From Collimonas sp. (GTDB lineage Bacteria > Pseudomonadota > Gammaproteobacteria > Burkholderiales > Burkholderiaceae_D), in NCBI RefSeq assembly GCF_044339385.1, contig NZ_JBIIVN010000001.1, positions 1 to 46,204 of the forward strand: 46,204 nt of DNA, written 5' to 3'. The notes beneath the pieces were generated by a model that was not told the origin of the DNA, made no database searches, and saw only the letters and a program-made list of their open reading frames with translations. Shown in pieces: positions 29,771 through 39,158 of the stretch (its first letter is position 1; each line of letters opens with the position of its first letter). A program made the position numbers and the translations under genes.

Positions 29771-31568
29771 CGATGCCTCCCAGATATGCTGCCAGCACTG
29801 CCGGGTTCTGCTGTATCTCAACCGGCAAGCCTTGCGCGATCTTGCTGCCGAACTCCATCACCACCAATTGATCGGTCAGATTCATCACGAAATCCATATC
29901 GTGCTCCACCAGCAAAATACTCATGCCCTCAGCCTTGAGCTTGCGTAGCAATGCCGCCAACGCTTGTTTCTCCTGGTAGCGCAACCCGGCCGCCGGCTCA
30001 TCCAGCATGAGCAAGGTCGGATCGCAGCACAGAGCGCGGGCGATTTCCAGGATGCGCTGCTGACCGAGCGCCAGGCTGCCGGCTTCTTCGTACAATAAAT
30101 GGCCAAGCCCGACACGCTCCAGCTGCAGTTTGGCCTCAAACAACAGCGCCTGCTCCTCATTCCGGTTAAGCCGCAGCAGGCTGATGGCGACGCCATTGAC
30201 ATCGTTATGGCTGCCGCGCAGATGAGCGCCGATGGCGACGCTCTCCAGCACCGTCATGGCCGGCATCAGCCGCACATGCTGGAAGGTGCGGGCAATGCCT
30301 TGCGCCACAATTTGGCGCGAACGCAAACCGGATATCTGCTGCAACTGGTTGTGGGCGCGTAAGCGGATTGCACCGCCGGTTAGCGGCAAGACGCCGCTAA
30401 CCAGATTGAACATGGTCGACTTGCCGGCACCGCTGGGGCCGATCAGGCCGACGATCTGCCCGGCACGCAGATTGAAGCTGACATCGTTGACCGCTATCAG
30501 GCCGCCGAACTCCTTGCGTGCATTTTCAATCTCCAGGATGACTTCGCCGTCCGCATGCCGGACGCGGGTCGGCAAAGCTGTTGCCAAGACCGGCCCCACT
30601 GCCGTCGGTTTGCCGGGCAGAAGCTTACGCAGGTAAGGCCACAAACCGTCACGGGCGCGCTGCAACAATAGCAGCATCAGGATTCCGAACACGATGGTGT
30701 CGACATTACCGCTGGTGCCGAGGAGCTTCGGTAACAGTGATTGCAGCTGGTCCTTCAACAAGGTCAACAGCGCGGATCCAAGAATCGCACCCCACAGATA
30801 ACCAGCACCACCGACTACCGCCATGAACAGGTATTCGATACCGGCATTGAGGCCGAATGGGGTCGGGCTCACAGCGCGCTGCAGGTGCGCATACAACCAG
30901 CCGGAGACGCTCGCTAGCAGCGCCGCCAGCACAAAGATCAGAATCTTGATCAGAGCCGTGTTGACGCCCATCGCCTCGGCCATCACGCCGCCGCCGTTGA
31001 GCGCGCGGATGGCACGCCCGGGCCGCGAATTGAGCAGGTTCTGCAAACCGGCCAGCGCCATCAGCAAGATCACCCAGATCAGGTAAAACATCTTGCGGCC
31101 GGTATCGAGCTCGATGCCAAACAGGCCGATAGAGGGAATGCCGTTCAAGCCATCGTACTTGCCGAGAAATTCCAGATTACCGAACAAAAAATACAGCGAC
31201 AAGGCCCAGGCAATCGTGCCAAGCGGCAGATAGTGGCCGGATAAACGCATCGTAATGGCGCCGATGGCCAATGCCGCCAGCGTCGTCACGCACAAGCCGG
31301 CCAGCAGGCCGCACCATGGCGACCAGCCGAACTGGGTGCTCAGATAAGCGGTCGAATACGCGCCAAGGCCGACGAATGCCGCCTGGCCGAAGGATGTCAG
31401 GCCGCCGACCCCGGTCAACAACACCAGGCCCAGCGCGACGATGGCATACAGGCCGATGTAGTTGGCCAGCGCGATCCAGAATTCCGGCGTCGGCAAGATT
31501 GGCAGCAGCACCAGAACCGCGGCGAAGACGATGAACGGCAACTTATCGAAAAAGAAGCGACCCATCAT
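29763..31568 (-). CDS. Fused HAAT ABC permease/ATPase (LivM-LivG-like)
   Basis: N-terminal TMs with SFGQAAF.GLGAY and RLSGHYL; C-terminal [29 protein letters not shown]. Confidence 0.9.
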   Translation of the reverse strand: MMGRFFFDKLPFIVFAAVLVLLPILPTPEFWIALANYIGLYAIVALGLVLLTGVGGLTSFGQAAFVGLGAYSTAYLSTQFGWSPWCGLLAGLCVTTLAALAIGAITMRLSGHYLPLGTIAWALSLYFLFGNLEFLGKYDGLNGIPSIGLFGIELDTGRKMFYLIWVILLMALAGLQNLLNSRPGRAIRALNGGGVMAEAMGVNTALIKILIFVLAALLASVSGWLYAHLQRAVSPTPFGLNAGIEYLFMAVVGGAGYLWGAILGSALLTLLKDQLQSLLPKLLGTSGNVDTIVFGILMLLLLQRARDGLWPYLRKLLPGKPTAVGPVLATALPTRVRHADGEVILEIENARKEFGGLIAVNDVSFNLRAGQIVGLIGPSGAGKSTMFNLVSGVLPLTGGAIRLRAHNQLQQISGLRSRQIVAQGIARTFQHVRLMPAMTVLESVAIGAHLRGSHNDVNGVAISLLRLNRNEEQALLFEAKLQLERVGLGHLLYEEAGSLALGQQRILEIARALCCDPTLLMLDEPAAGLRYQEKQALAALLRKLKAEGMSILLVEHDMDFVMNLTDQLVVMEFGSKIAQGLPVEIQQNPAVLAAYLGGIDD

Positions 31569-32626
31569 TGATCCTCATCATCGATCTGCTTGCTGGTCAG
31601 CGACCGCCACAGTAGCGCCGGAATGATCAGCGTGAACACGATCACCTCCTTGAACGCGCTGGCCCAGAACGACGAATACGATTCCAGCAGGCCGACCAGC
31701 AAAGCGCCGGCAGCGGCAATCGGATAGCTGCCGAGGCCACCGATGATGGCACCGACAAAACCTTTCAAGCCGATCAGAAAACCGCTGTCGTAATACACGG
31801 TGGTCAACGGTGCGATCAGTATGCCGCACAGCGCGCCCAGCGCTGCCGCCAGCGTAAATGCCAAACGCCCTGCCTGCACGGTGCTGATGCCGGCCAGTTG
31901 CGCACCGAGACGATTGACGGCAGTGGCGCGCAACGCCTTACCGGACAAGCTCCGTTCAAAATACAAATAAAGCACGACAATCAGCAACAATGCCACGCCG
32001 ATGATCACACAGCTCTGGCCGGACACGGTCAAGCCGCCGATCTGGAAACTGGCGTCAGAAAAAGGCACGGTGCGCGCACCTTCCGCGCCGAACATGAGCA
32101 GCCCGATGCCAATCAATGCGTAATGCACTGCCACCGAGACAATCAGCAGCACCAGCGTGCTGGCTTCCGCCAGCGGCTGAAACGCCAGCCGGTACACCAT
32201 CGGCCCCATCGGCACCACAATCAACAAGGTCAGCATAACCTGCAGCGGCATCGCCAGCGCGGCATGGCCGTACAGACGTGCGAACACATAAACCGCCAGT
32301 GGCAGCAGTACGAATTTCAGGAAAGCCAAAGCGATACGTGGCAAAATTGCAGACCGGCTTTCACCGTTTCGGCCAAGCGACGCGGCTAGCGCTTCCTGGA
32401 TGAAGCTAAGAATACCGAGCACTACCAGCAGCGTTGCAGAAAGGGGAAATTTGTCCGCCTGAATCGCGGCCAGCGTGAGTGCGCCAAAGGCGACGAACTC
32501 GCCTTGTGGGATGAAGATGACGCGGGTGACCGAAAACACCAGCACCAACGCCAATGCCAGCAGCGCGTAGACGGCACCGCTGCTGATACCATCCTGAGCC
32601 AGGATGGCGGCGATTGATAGATCCAT
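31565..32626 (-). CDS. HAAT ABC permease (LivH-like)
   Basis: [40 protein letters not shown]. Confidence 0.9.
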   Translation of the reverse strand: MDLSIAAILAQDGISSGAVYALLALALVLVFSVTRVIFIPQGEFVAFGALTLAAIQADKFPLSATLLVVLGILSFIQEALAASLGRNGESRSAILPRIALAFLKFVLLPLAVYVFARLYGHAALAMPLQVMLTLLIVVPMGPMVYRLAFQPLAEASTLVLLIVSVAVHYALIGIGLLMFGAEGARTVPFSDASFQIGGLTVSGQSCVIIGVALLLIVVLYLYFERSLSGKALRATAVNRLGAQLAGISTVQAGRLAFTLAAALGALCGILIAPLTTVYYDSGFLIGLKGFVGAIIGGLGSYPIAAAGALLVGLLESYSSFWASAFKEVIVFTLIIPALLWRSLTSKQIDDEDQ

Positions 32627-33799
32627 TTACTGCGCTGCGCCCAGAAGTTTCCAATTGCCGTTGACGATTTCCACCATCACACGCGCACGCTGATCGAAGC
32701 CGACGTGGTCGCTCGGGCTCATGTTGACGATGCCTTGCGACACCGGCAGGTTCTTGATCGCTTGGATGCCGTCGCGCAGGGTAGCACGGAATTCCGGCGT
32801 ACCGGGCTTACCCTTCCTCAGTGCTTGCGGCGCGGCGGCGCCCAGCAACATACCGGCATCCCAGGCGTGGCCGCCGAAGGTGGAAACGCTGCCGGCGCCA
32901 TAGGCCTTTTCATAGGCCGTGCGATACGCCATGGCGGACTTCTTGACCGGATTGCTGTCCGCCAGTTGCTCGGCTACCAGCAACGGCCCGGCTGGCAGGA
33001 AGGTGCCTTCGCAATCCTTGCCGCAGACGCGCAGGAAATCGTTATTGGCGACGCCGTGGGTCTGGTAGATCTTGCCTTTGTAGCCGCGCTCCTTCAAGGT
33101 CTTTTGCGGCAACGCGGCGGGCGTGCCGGCGCCGGCGATCAGCACTGCGTCCGGGTTGGCGCTGACGATCTTTAACACCTGTCCTGTCACCGACGTGTCG
33201 GGACGGGCGAAACGTTCGTTGGCGACGATTTTGAGCTTGCGTAGTTCAGCCAGTTTAGAAAACTCGCGATACCAGCCTTCGCCATAGGCATCCGGAAAGC
33301 CGATGAAGGCCACACTCTTGACGCCGGCATCGAGCATGTGGGCAACGATGGCGGTCGCCATCTGCGAGTCGTTTTGCGGGGTCTTGAAAATCCAGCGGCG
33401 CTTGCCATCCAGCGGCTCCACCAACGCTGCCGAGGCCGCCATCGAAATCATCGGCGTGCCAGATTCGGTGGCGACATCGCTCATCGCCAGCGAACCTGGC
33501 ACCACGGTCGAGCCGATCAGCAGGTCAACCTTTTCTTCACTGATCAGCTTGCGCGTATTCTTGACGGCGGTGGTGCTGTCGGTAGCATCGTCGAGCACGA
33601 TGTATTGCACTTGCTGGCCGGAGATTTCTTTCGGCAGCAGCGCAAAAGTATTTTTTTCCGGAATGCCGAGCGACGCTGCGGGACCGGTGGCGGAGACGCT
33701 CACGCCGACCTTGATCTGAGCGAATGCACTGCCGCAGCTGATAGCCAGCGCGAATGTCGTTAATGCGGAAAGGCTGGTCTCCAACCATGCTTTTTTCAT
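32627..33799 (-). CDS. HAAT ABC periplasmic binding protein (possibly an aromatic-acid-binding subfamily)
   Basis: Signal peptide AFA-Q, SATGPAASLGIPE, W.FKTPQND, DAYGEGW, YQTHG, FGGHAWDA. Confidence 0.88.
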   Translation of the reverse strand: MKKAWLETSLSALTTFALAISCGSAFAQIKVGVSVSATGPAASLGIPEKNTFALLPKEISGQQVQYIVLDDATDSTTAVKNTRKLISEEKVDLLIGSTVVPGSLAMSDVATESGTPMISMAASAALVEPLDGKRRWIFKTPQNDSQMATAIVAHMLDAGVKSVAFIGFPDAYGEGWYREFSKLAELRKLKIVANERFARPDTSVTGQVLKIVSANPDAVLIAGAGTPAALPQKTLKERGYKGKIYQTHGVANNDFLRVCGKDCEGTFLPAGPLLVAEQLADSNPVKKSAMAYRTAYEKAYGAGSVSTFGGHAWDAGMLLGAAAPQALRKGKPGTPEFRATLRDGIQAIKNLPVSQGIVNMSPSDHVGFDQRARVMVEIVNGNWKLLGAAQ

Positions 33800-33991
33800 C
33801 TGATCTGCTCCATTGTGATGGTCACGCCTGATGTTGGCGTTTATGCTACACCGCAACCGCTTTGGTCGCCGCGGCCAGAGATGTTAGCAGGGTCCTGAGT
33901 GAGCGACAGCCAGTGTCGCTTTTCGACTACAGCCAGACAAGCAGGCCACACCACAACAACACATGAGAATCGGAGAAATTGCGCTGAATTC

Positions 33992-34567
33992 TTAGACCAG
34001 CATCAGCGCGATCTGCTGCGCAGCGCCGTCGCCCGGCTTGTGCTGGAAACGGCTCTTGGCGAAACGCTGCCAGCGCCCGAGCACGAAGCTAGTCAGGATA
34101 TTGGCGCGCATTGTCGCTTCGGCCTCATTCGCCTCGCCTTGCGCAGCGGCCAGCCGCAGCGCCTGCTTCAGCGCCAGCTCAATACGATCAACGAACTGAT
34201 TCATGCGCAACTGCAGGCGTTCATCCTCATTGACCAGCGCATCGCCGATGATGACGCGCGTCATGCCGGGATTGCGTTCGGCGAAATTGAGCAGCATCAG
34301 CGCGATGGCCTGCGCCTGGTACAAGCCTTTTTCCTGCTGCGCGCTGATCTGGTTGACCAGCCCGAACACGGTCGATTCGATGAAATCGATCAGCCCTTCG
34401 AACATCTGTGCCTTACTGGCGAAGTGCCGGTAAAGCGCGGCTTCGGATACCTCGATTTTTGCAGCCAACGCGGCGGTAGTGATTTTTTCACCCTTGGGCT
34501 GCTCAAGCATTGTCGCCAATGTCTGCAGGATTTGTAGTTTGCGTTCGCCGGGTTTGGTAGTTGCCAT
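33992..34567 (-). CDS. slmA: Nucleoid occlusion factor SlmA (TetR family)
   Basis: GERKLQILQTLA.MLE, ITTAALA...VSEAALYRHF.SKAQMFEGLI.FIE, NPGMTR...GDAL..E..RL. Confidence 0.92.
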   Translation of the reverse strand: MATTKPGERKLQILQTLATMLEQPKGEKITTAALAAKIEVSEAALYRHFASKAQMFEGLIDFIESTVFGLVNQISAQQEKGLYQAQAIALMLLNFAERNPGMTRVIIGDALVNEDERLQLRMNQFVDRIELALKQALRLAAAQGEANEAEATMRANILTSFVLGRWQRFAKSRFQHKPGDGAAQQIALMLV

Positions 34568-34723
34568 GATTTTTATTTTAGTAATGGATCGATTGGATCG
34601 ATTGAATCAAGATAAAGGGACGAGATGCCGCCGCGCCGGCAATGACAGAACTATCGGCAGCCGACAGGTTATTCATCGTCAGCGACGGCAAACCCGGCAT
34701 AGTAGACGTTGAACGACTGAATT

Positions 34724-35419
34724 TCAACGTAGCCGATGCAAATTTCTCGCCAGTTGTCGCACCGATTTTACTTCGACATCGACGTAGCCGGGGCGCTTTA
34801 TCACGCCCGCATCGTTATTCAGATATTGCGTCACCCATACCGTGCGCATACCGACCTGTTTGGCTGCCTTGAGCGTGGCAATCGTATCCTCCACCAGAAT
34901 GCAGCGCCCGGCCGTCACCCGCTCGCGCGCAATCAATTGCCGCAGCATGTGGCGCGACGGCTTCGGCCGCAACTGCCGGCGCACATGCATTGACTCAATC
35001 GAGATATGCTTGCCGAATTGTCGATGCAGGCGCAGATGCCGCAGTACGTCGGCAGAATAACGCTGCGGTGCATTGGTCAACAGTATCTTGCGGCCGGGCA
35101 GACGCTTCAATAAATTGATCAGGCCGCGTTCGGCCCGAATCATACTCACCAAATCGTCGAAACGATGCGCTTGCGTCAAAAACTGCTCGGGCCGCACCTG
35201 ATGATGCTTGACCATGCCCAGCAAAGTCGCGCCGTAACGGCGCCAGTAAGCTTCTCTGGTGGCATTGACCGTGGCAGCATCGGCATCGACGCCGTCGCGC
35301 CCCAGCACGCGCGCCATGATCGCATTCATGTTGTCATGGATCGCCGGAAAAATCGCGTGGGAGGCGTCATGCAGAGTATTGTCCAGATCGAACAGCCATA
35401 GCGCTGTAGTATTCTTCAT
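34724..35419 (-). CDS. HAD-family pyrimidine 5'-nucleotidase
   Basis: WLFDLDNTL, YW.RYGATL.G, LTNAP..Y, KP, LVED; upstream of slmA. Start is 35419 or 35440. Confidence 0.85.
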   Translation of the reverse strand: MKNTTALWLFDLDNTLHDASHAIFPAIHDNMNAIMARVLGRDGVDADAATVNATREAYWRRYGATLLGMVKHHQVRPEQFLTQAHRFDDLVSMIRAERGLINLLKRLPGRKILLTNAPQRYSADVLRHLRLHRQFGKHISIESMHVRRQLRPKPSRHMLRQLIARERVTAGRCILVEDTIATLKAAKQVGMRTVWVTQYLNNDAGVIKRPGYVDVEVKSVRQLARNLHRLR

Positions 35420-35514
35420 TGCTTGTTGAGTCACTGTCATCAGTCACTGTTATGCGTCATTGTGATGCTTCATTGTTGCGCCGCAAACGGGAATCGTTGT
35501 TCAAGGGATAAATT

Positions 35515-36525
35515 GTGTTTCATCAGATTATAGTGATATTGAACTTAACCGCCGCATTACTCAACAACCTGTTGAGGCCGTTGCAGCGATGCGCGCTGCG
35601 GCGCTTGCTGCTGCCGCTCGGGCTGGGCGCGTTGCTGGCGGCGACCGGTGCAGCTGGCGCCAGCTGCACCGACACCATCGGAAACGCGGCGCAGGCGGCC
35701 GGCCGCCAGGGTGGCGCCTTGTTCAGGATAGACCGCGACGGCCGCAGCGCTTATGTGTTCAGCACCATCCATGTCGGACGCGCAGATTTCTATCCGCTTG
35801 ACGACAGGGTCTTGCAGGCTCTGCAACAAGCATCATGCGTCGCACTGGAGATTGATCCAAACAATACGCAGGCGCTGGCACCATGGATGGCCCGGTACGG
35901 CGTTTATGCCGATGGCAAATCGTGGCAGCAAGAGCTGCCCGCCGGATTACAGAAAAACCTCAATGCCCTGCTGGAAAAATACGGCATGACGCCAGCCAGC
36001 GTTGCCAACTTGAAGCCGTGGCTGCTGGCCACCGTATTGGGTATCAGCGCATACGCCAGCCAAGGTTATCAGCCGCAGTTTGGGGTCGACACCGCGCTGG
36101 CGAATTTTGCCAAGAGCAGTAACAAGAGGCTGATTGAGCTAGAGACGCCGGAACAGCAGCTGGCGTTGCTGGGCGGTTTGTCGGCGGCGGAACAAATCCA
36201 GTTCCTGCAAGACAGCGTCGATGAAATTCGGGATCCGCTCAAGGCGCAACGCGCGTTGCAACTGCTTACCCTATGGCGCAACGGCGACATCGACGGCCTG
36301 GCCGCAATGCTGGCTGAGATGACCGGCGAACAGACTTTTTCCAGCCGCTTCGTGCAACGTGCATTGCTCGATGGCCGCAATCCAGGCCTGGCGGATCGGA
36401 TTGACAAACTTAGCAACGCATCACCGCACGCCTTCGTCGGCATCGGCATGCTGCATCTGGTCGGCCCCAACAGCGTGCTGACGCTGCTGCAACGGCGCGG
36501 CTATGCGGTGCAACGGGTTTATTAA
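35515..36525 (+). CDS. TraB/GumN family protein
   Basis: YVFSTIHVG (family YLFGTIH), LEID, KPW, GVD, ELETPEQQ, RN, FVGIG.LHL.G...VL.LL...GY.V.R. Start codon uncertain. Confidence 0.85.
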   Translation: MFHQIIVILNLTAALLNNLLRPLQRCALRRLLLPLGLGALLAATGAAGASCTDTIGNAAQAAGRQGGALFRIDRDGRSAYVFSTIHVGRADFYPLDDRVLQALQQASCVALEIDPNNTQALAPWMARYGVYADGKSWQQELPAGLQKNLNALLEKYGMTPASVANLKPWLLATVLGISAYASQGYQPQFGVDTALANFAKSSNKRLIELETPEQQLALLGGLSAAEQIQFLQDSVDEIRDPLKAQRALQLLTLWRNGDIDGLAAMLAEMTGEQTFSSRFVQRALLDGRNPGLADRIDKLSNASPHAFVGIGMLHLVGPNSVLTLLQRRGYAVQRVY

Positions 36526-36666
36526 AAACTGTGCCGCTATCCAGCGAATCTTTGATCGAAGTCAACATCGGGCTTTTTGAAATCTTCTCAACATGCCGAC
36601 GCTACGGCTATGGCGCATCGATACTGCATATAATCCAGTCTTATCAACTTGCCGCACTGCCTCCAC

Positions 36667-38472
36667 ATGTCCTCCAGCCACAATCCGACCACATTGCCCA
36701 ATTACCGTCGCCTTTGGAACGGACGGCAGCGTTTTGTGCTGTTCGATAGTGAATTTGGCGATGGCACGGATTTTCTGAGCGCATGGCAGGCCTGGCGCGA
36801 TGATCCTCAACGGCCGCAGCAACTGCATTACCTGGCCTTGGCGCCAGACATGCCAACCGTAGAGGAGGTGCAGATAACTTGCAGCCGAGAACCGGCATGG
36901 CAAGCATTGTCGACCGAGCTGTGCAGGTTATGGCCCGTTGCACTGCCTGGATTTCACCGCCTGCTTCTGGAGCGCGAGCAGGTAGTGTTGACCCTGATGT
37001 GCGGTGACAGCAGCGCCTGCTTGCGACAAATCGCAGCTAGCGTTGATGCTTTCCACATACATGGACGCCACTGGCAAGGCTGGGCGCTGCCGACGCTCGG
37101 CGCACTGGGCAAGCTGGCAGGTGCGGGTGCCAGTCTGTCGCTTCCAGCCACCGACCAGGCACGCCGCAAGCGACTTGAACAAGTTGGCTTCGCCTTTGGC
37201 AGCGACACCGTTGACGCCGCTGGCGCCGATGGCATGCTGCATGCACGATTTGCACCCCGCTTCAGCCCGCGCCAGAGGCTGGCAGGCGCGCGGCCGCAAG
37301 GTGAGCGCCACGCTATCGTGATCGGCGCTGGCCTGGCCGGTAGCGCCGCCTGCCAGCGCCTGGCGCGACGAGGCTGGCGCCTGACACTGGTGGAAAGCCA
37401 CGCGGCGCCGGCACAGGAGGCATCCGGCAACAGCGCCGGTATTTTCATGCCGCTACTGTCACGTGACGACAATCCCAGCTCGCGCCTGAGCCGCAACGCC
37501 TACCTGTTTGCGCAACAGGTGTGGCGCCACCTCGGCGGCATCGGCCAGGGATTCGAGGGCTCTGATTGCGGCGTCTTGCAGATTGCCCGCGACGACGTCC
37601 ATGCCGAGGCACAACGACAATTAGCCGCGCACTGGCGCTATCCGGCCGAATTTGCCGAATGGCTCGAACAACCGGCGGCCTCAGATCTGGCCGGCTGCCG
37701 GGTCAGCGGCGGCGGCTGGTACTTTCGCGGTGCCGGCTGGATACAGCCGGGCAGCCTTTGCCATGCCATGCTAAGGGATTGCGGCACAGCGCTGCAATCG
37801 CGTTTCGGACAACCGGCGGCCAGTATTGCGCGCATCAACGACGCCTGGCTGATACGCGATTCAAACGGCGTAACGATTGCCAGCGCACCGGTGGTTATCC
37901 TGGCGAATGCCTGCGGCGCGCTGAATTTCACACAAGCGCGAGCGCTGCCGCTGACGGCGATCCGTGGCCAGATCAGCCATCTCGATGCAGCCAGCGCACC
38001 TGCCATAGCCCCGGTGCTATGCGGCGCAGCGTATCTGACGCCTGCCTGCGCCGGTATCTGCAGCAGCGGCGCGTCATACGACGAGGACCAGCAAACGACA
38101 CTGCGACAAGCAAGCCAGGACGATAACCTGACACGCTTGGCCAGGATGTTGCCGGACTGGCGTCATGACAATTTGCTGTTACGCGGACGGGTCGGCTTTC
38201 GCTGCGTGGCGAGCGATCGTTTGCCGTTAGTCGGAGCACTGCCGGACAGCAGCGCGGCGTGCCAGGTGCGCGAGCCGAAATTGCATGACTTGCCACGTTT
38301 TCCCGGACTCTACAGTCTGCTCGGCTATGCCTCGCGCGGCTTGATCTGGGCGCCGCTGGCAGCAGAAATATTGGCGGCACAGCTGGACGGTGAACCGCTG
38401 CCGCTGGAAGCCGATCTGGCGGCGGCACTCGATCCGGCGCGTTTTTTACGCAAACAACACCGCGCCGGGTAA
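36667..38472 (+). CDS. mnmC: MnmC-like tRNA mnm5s2U34 protein: intact FAD-oxidoreductase domain, divergent N-terminal methyltransferase domain
   Basis: WQAWRDDPQRP..LHY, WP..LPGFHRL; VIGAGLAG, A..ASGN.AG, IRGQIS, GRVGFR....DRLPLVG, SRGL.WAPL.AE, LDPARF. Confidence 0.82.
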   Translation: MSSSHNPTTLPNYRRLWNGRQRFVLFDSEFGDGTDFLSAWQAWRDDPQRPQQLHYLALAPDMPTVEEVQITCSREPAWQALSTELCRLWPVALPGFHRLLLEREQVVLTLMCGDSSACLRQIAASVDAFHIHGRHWQGWALPTLGALGKLAGAGASLSLPATDQARRKRLEQVGFAFGSDTVDAAGADGMLHARFAPRFSPRQRLAGARPQGERHAIVIGAGLAGSAACQRLARRGWRLTLVESHAAPAQEASGNSAGIFMPLLSRDDNPSSRLSRNAYLFAQQVWRHLGGIGQGFEGSDCGVLQIARDDVHAEAQRQLAAHWRYPAEFAEWLEQPAASDLAGCRVSGGGWYFRGAGWIQPGSLCHAMLRDCGTALQSRFGQPAASIARINDAWLIRDSNGVTIASAPVVILANACGALNFTQARALPLTAIRGQISHLDAASAPAIAPVLCGAAYLTPACAGICSSGASYDEDQQTTLRQASQDDNLTRLARMLPDWRHDNLLLRGRVGFRCVASDRLPLVGALPDSSAACQVREPKLHDLPRFPGLYSLLGYASRGLIWAPLAAEILAAQLDGEPLPLEADLAAALDPARFLRKQHRAG

Positions 38473-38526
38473 CGCTGCACGGGCAGCGTCCCCTTCGAGC
38501 GGCGACGCGCCCCGCAAGGCAGGACC

Positions 38527-38551
38527 AAAAAAAGCGCCCGCAGGCGCCTTT
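38527..38551 (-). terminator. Probable intrinsic terminator of the YXWGXW gene
   Basis: A7 followed by GCGCC-cgca-GGCGC on the + strand, i.e. hairpin plus U7 on the - strand. Confidence 0.5.
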
Positions 38552-38569
38552 AGGATCAGTTCAAGCGAC

Positions 38570-38887
38570 TTAACGCGCCCACTGATTCGGCCTGAACCGC
38601 CAATCGCCGCGCGGACCGCGCTCCCAGCGTGGCGGCACATAATGGTAGCCTGGCCGGGCGCGGATCCAGGAGCCGCCGATCCAGACATGGCGACGCCCAT
38701 CCCAACGCCAATAACAGGGCGCCCAAACAAAACCGCGGCGTGGCGGCGGCACCACTTCATAGCCCGGTGGCGGCGGCTGACCAATCTGTACGCTGACATA
38801 GGCCTGCGCCTGCGCAGGGCTGACTGCCGTCATCAATCCCGCGCCCAGGGTCAGCAAGCTGACGCACAAAATGGATTTGATCTTCAT
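38570..38887 (-). CDS. Exported YXWGXW-repeat (BcpO-like) protein
   Basis: Signal peptide AQA-Q, PPPP.YEVVPPPRRGFVWAP.YWRW, HVWIGGSW, YVPPRW; GAGG RBS. Confidence 0.88.
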   Translation of the reverse strand: MKIKSILCVSLLTLGAGLMTAVSPAQAQAYVSVQIGQPPPPGYEVVPPPRRGFVWAPCYWRWDGRRHVWIGGSWIRARPGYHYVPPRWERGPRGDWRFRPNQWAR

Positions 38888-39158
38888 GGATTACCTCTTG
38901 ATTCATTTAAAAACTTCCGGTGACAATTAAATATAGGTCATAACTATGTCGACACTTGTAAGTTTGTGTTTCCAAAAGACACAGCTTCCCGATGCTGCCG
39001 GAATCGCTCGCAAGGCTGCCACGGCGGCGACGCTAAGGTAAAATGGCGATCTGCCAGACAGCATTGTCGTTTTACAAAAAATAATCGTGGGGCAAAGCAG
39101 CAACGTTGCCGCAGCGCGACGCCAGACCCGAAACCCCACCTGACTTCCCGGAATACCC

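Noticed and set aside
38936-38962. Pho-box-like GTCA/GTCG repeats at 11-bp spacing
   Set aside because: The match to consensus is weak and the flanking genes give no phosphate link.
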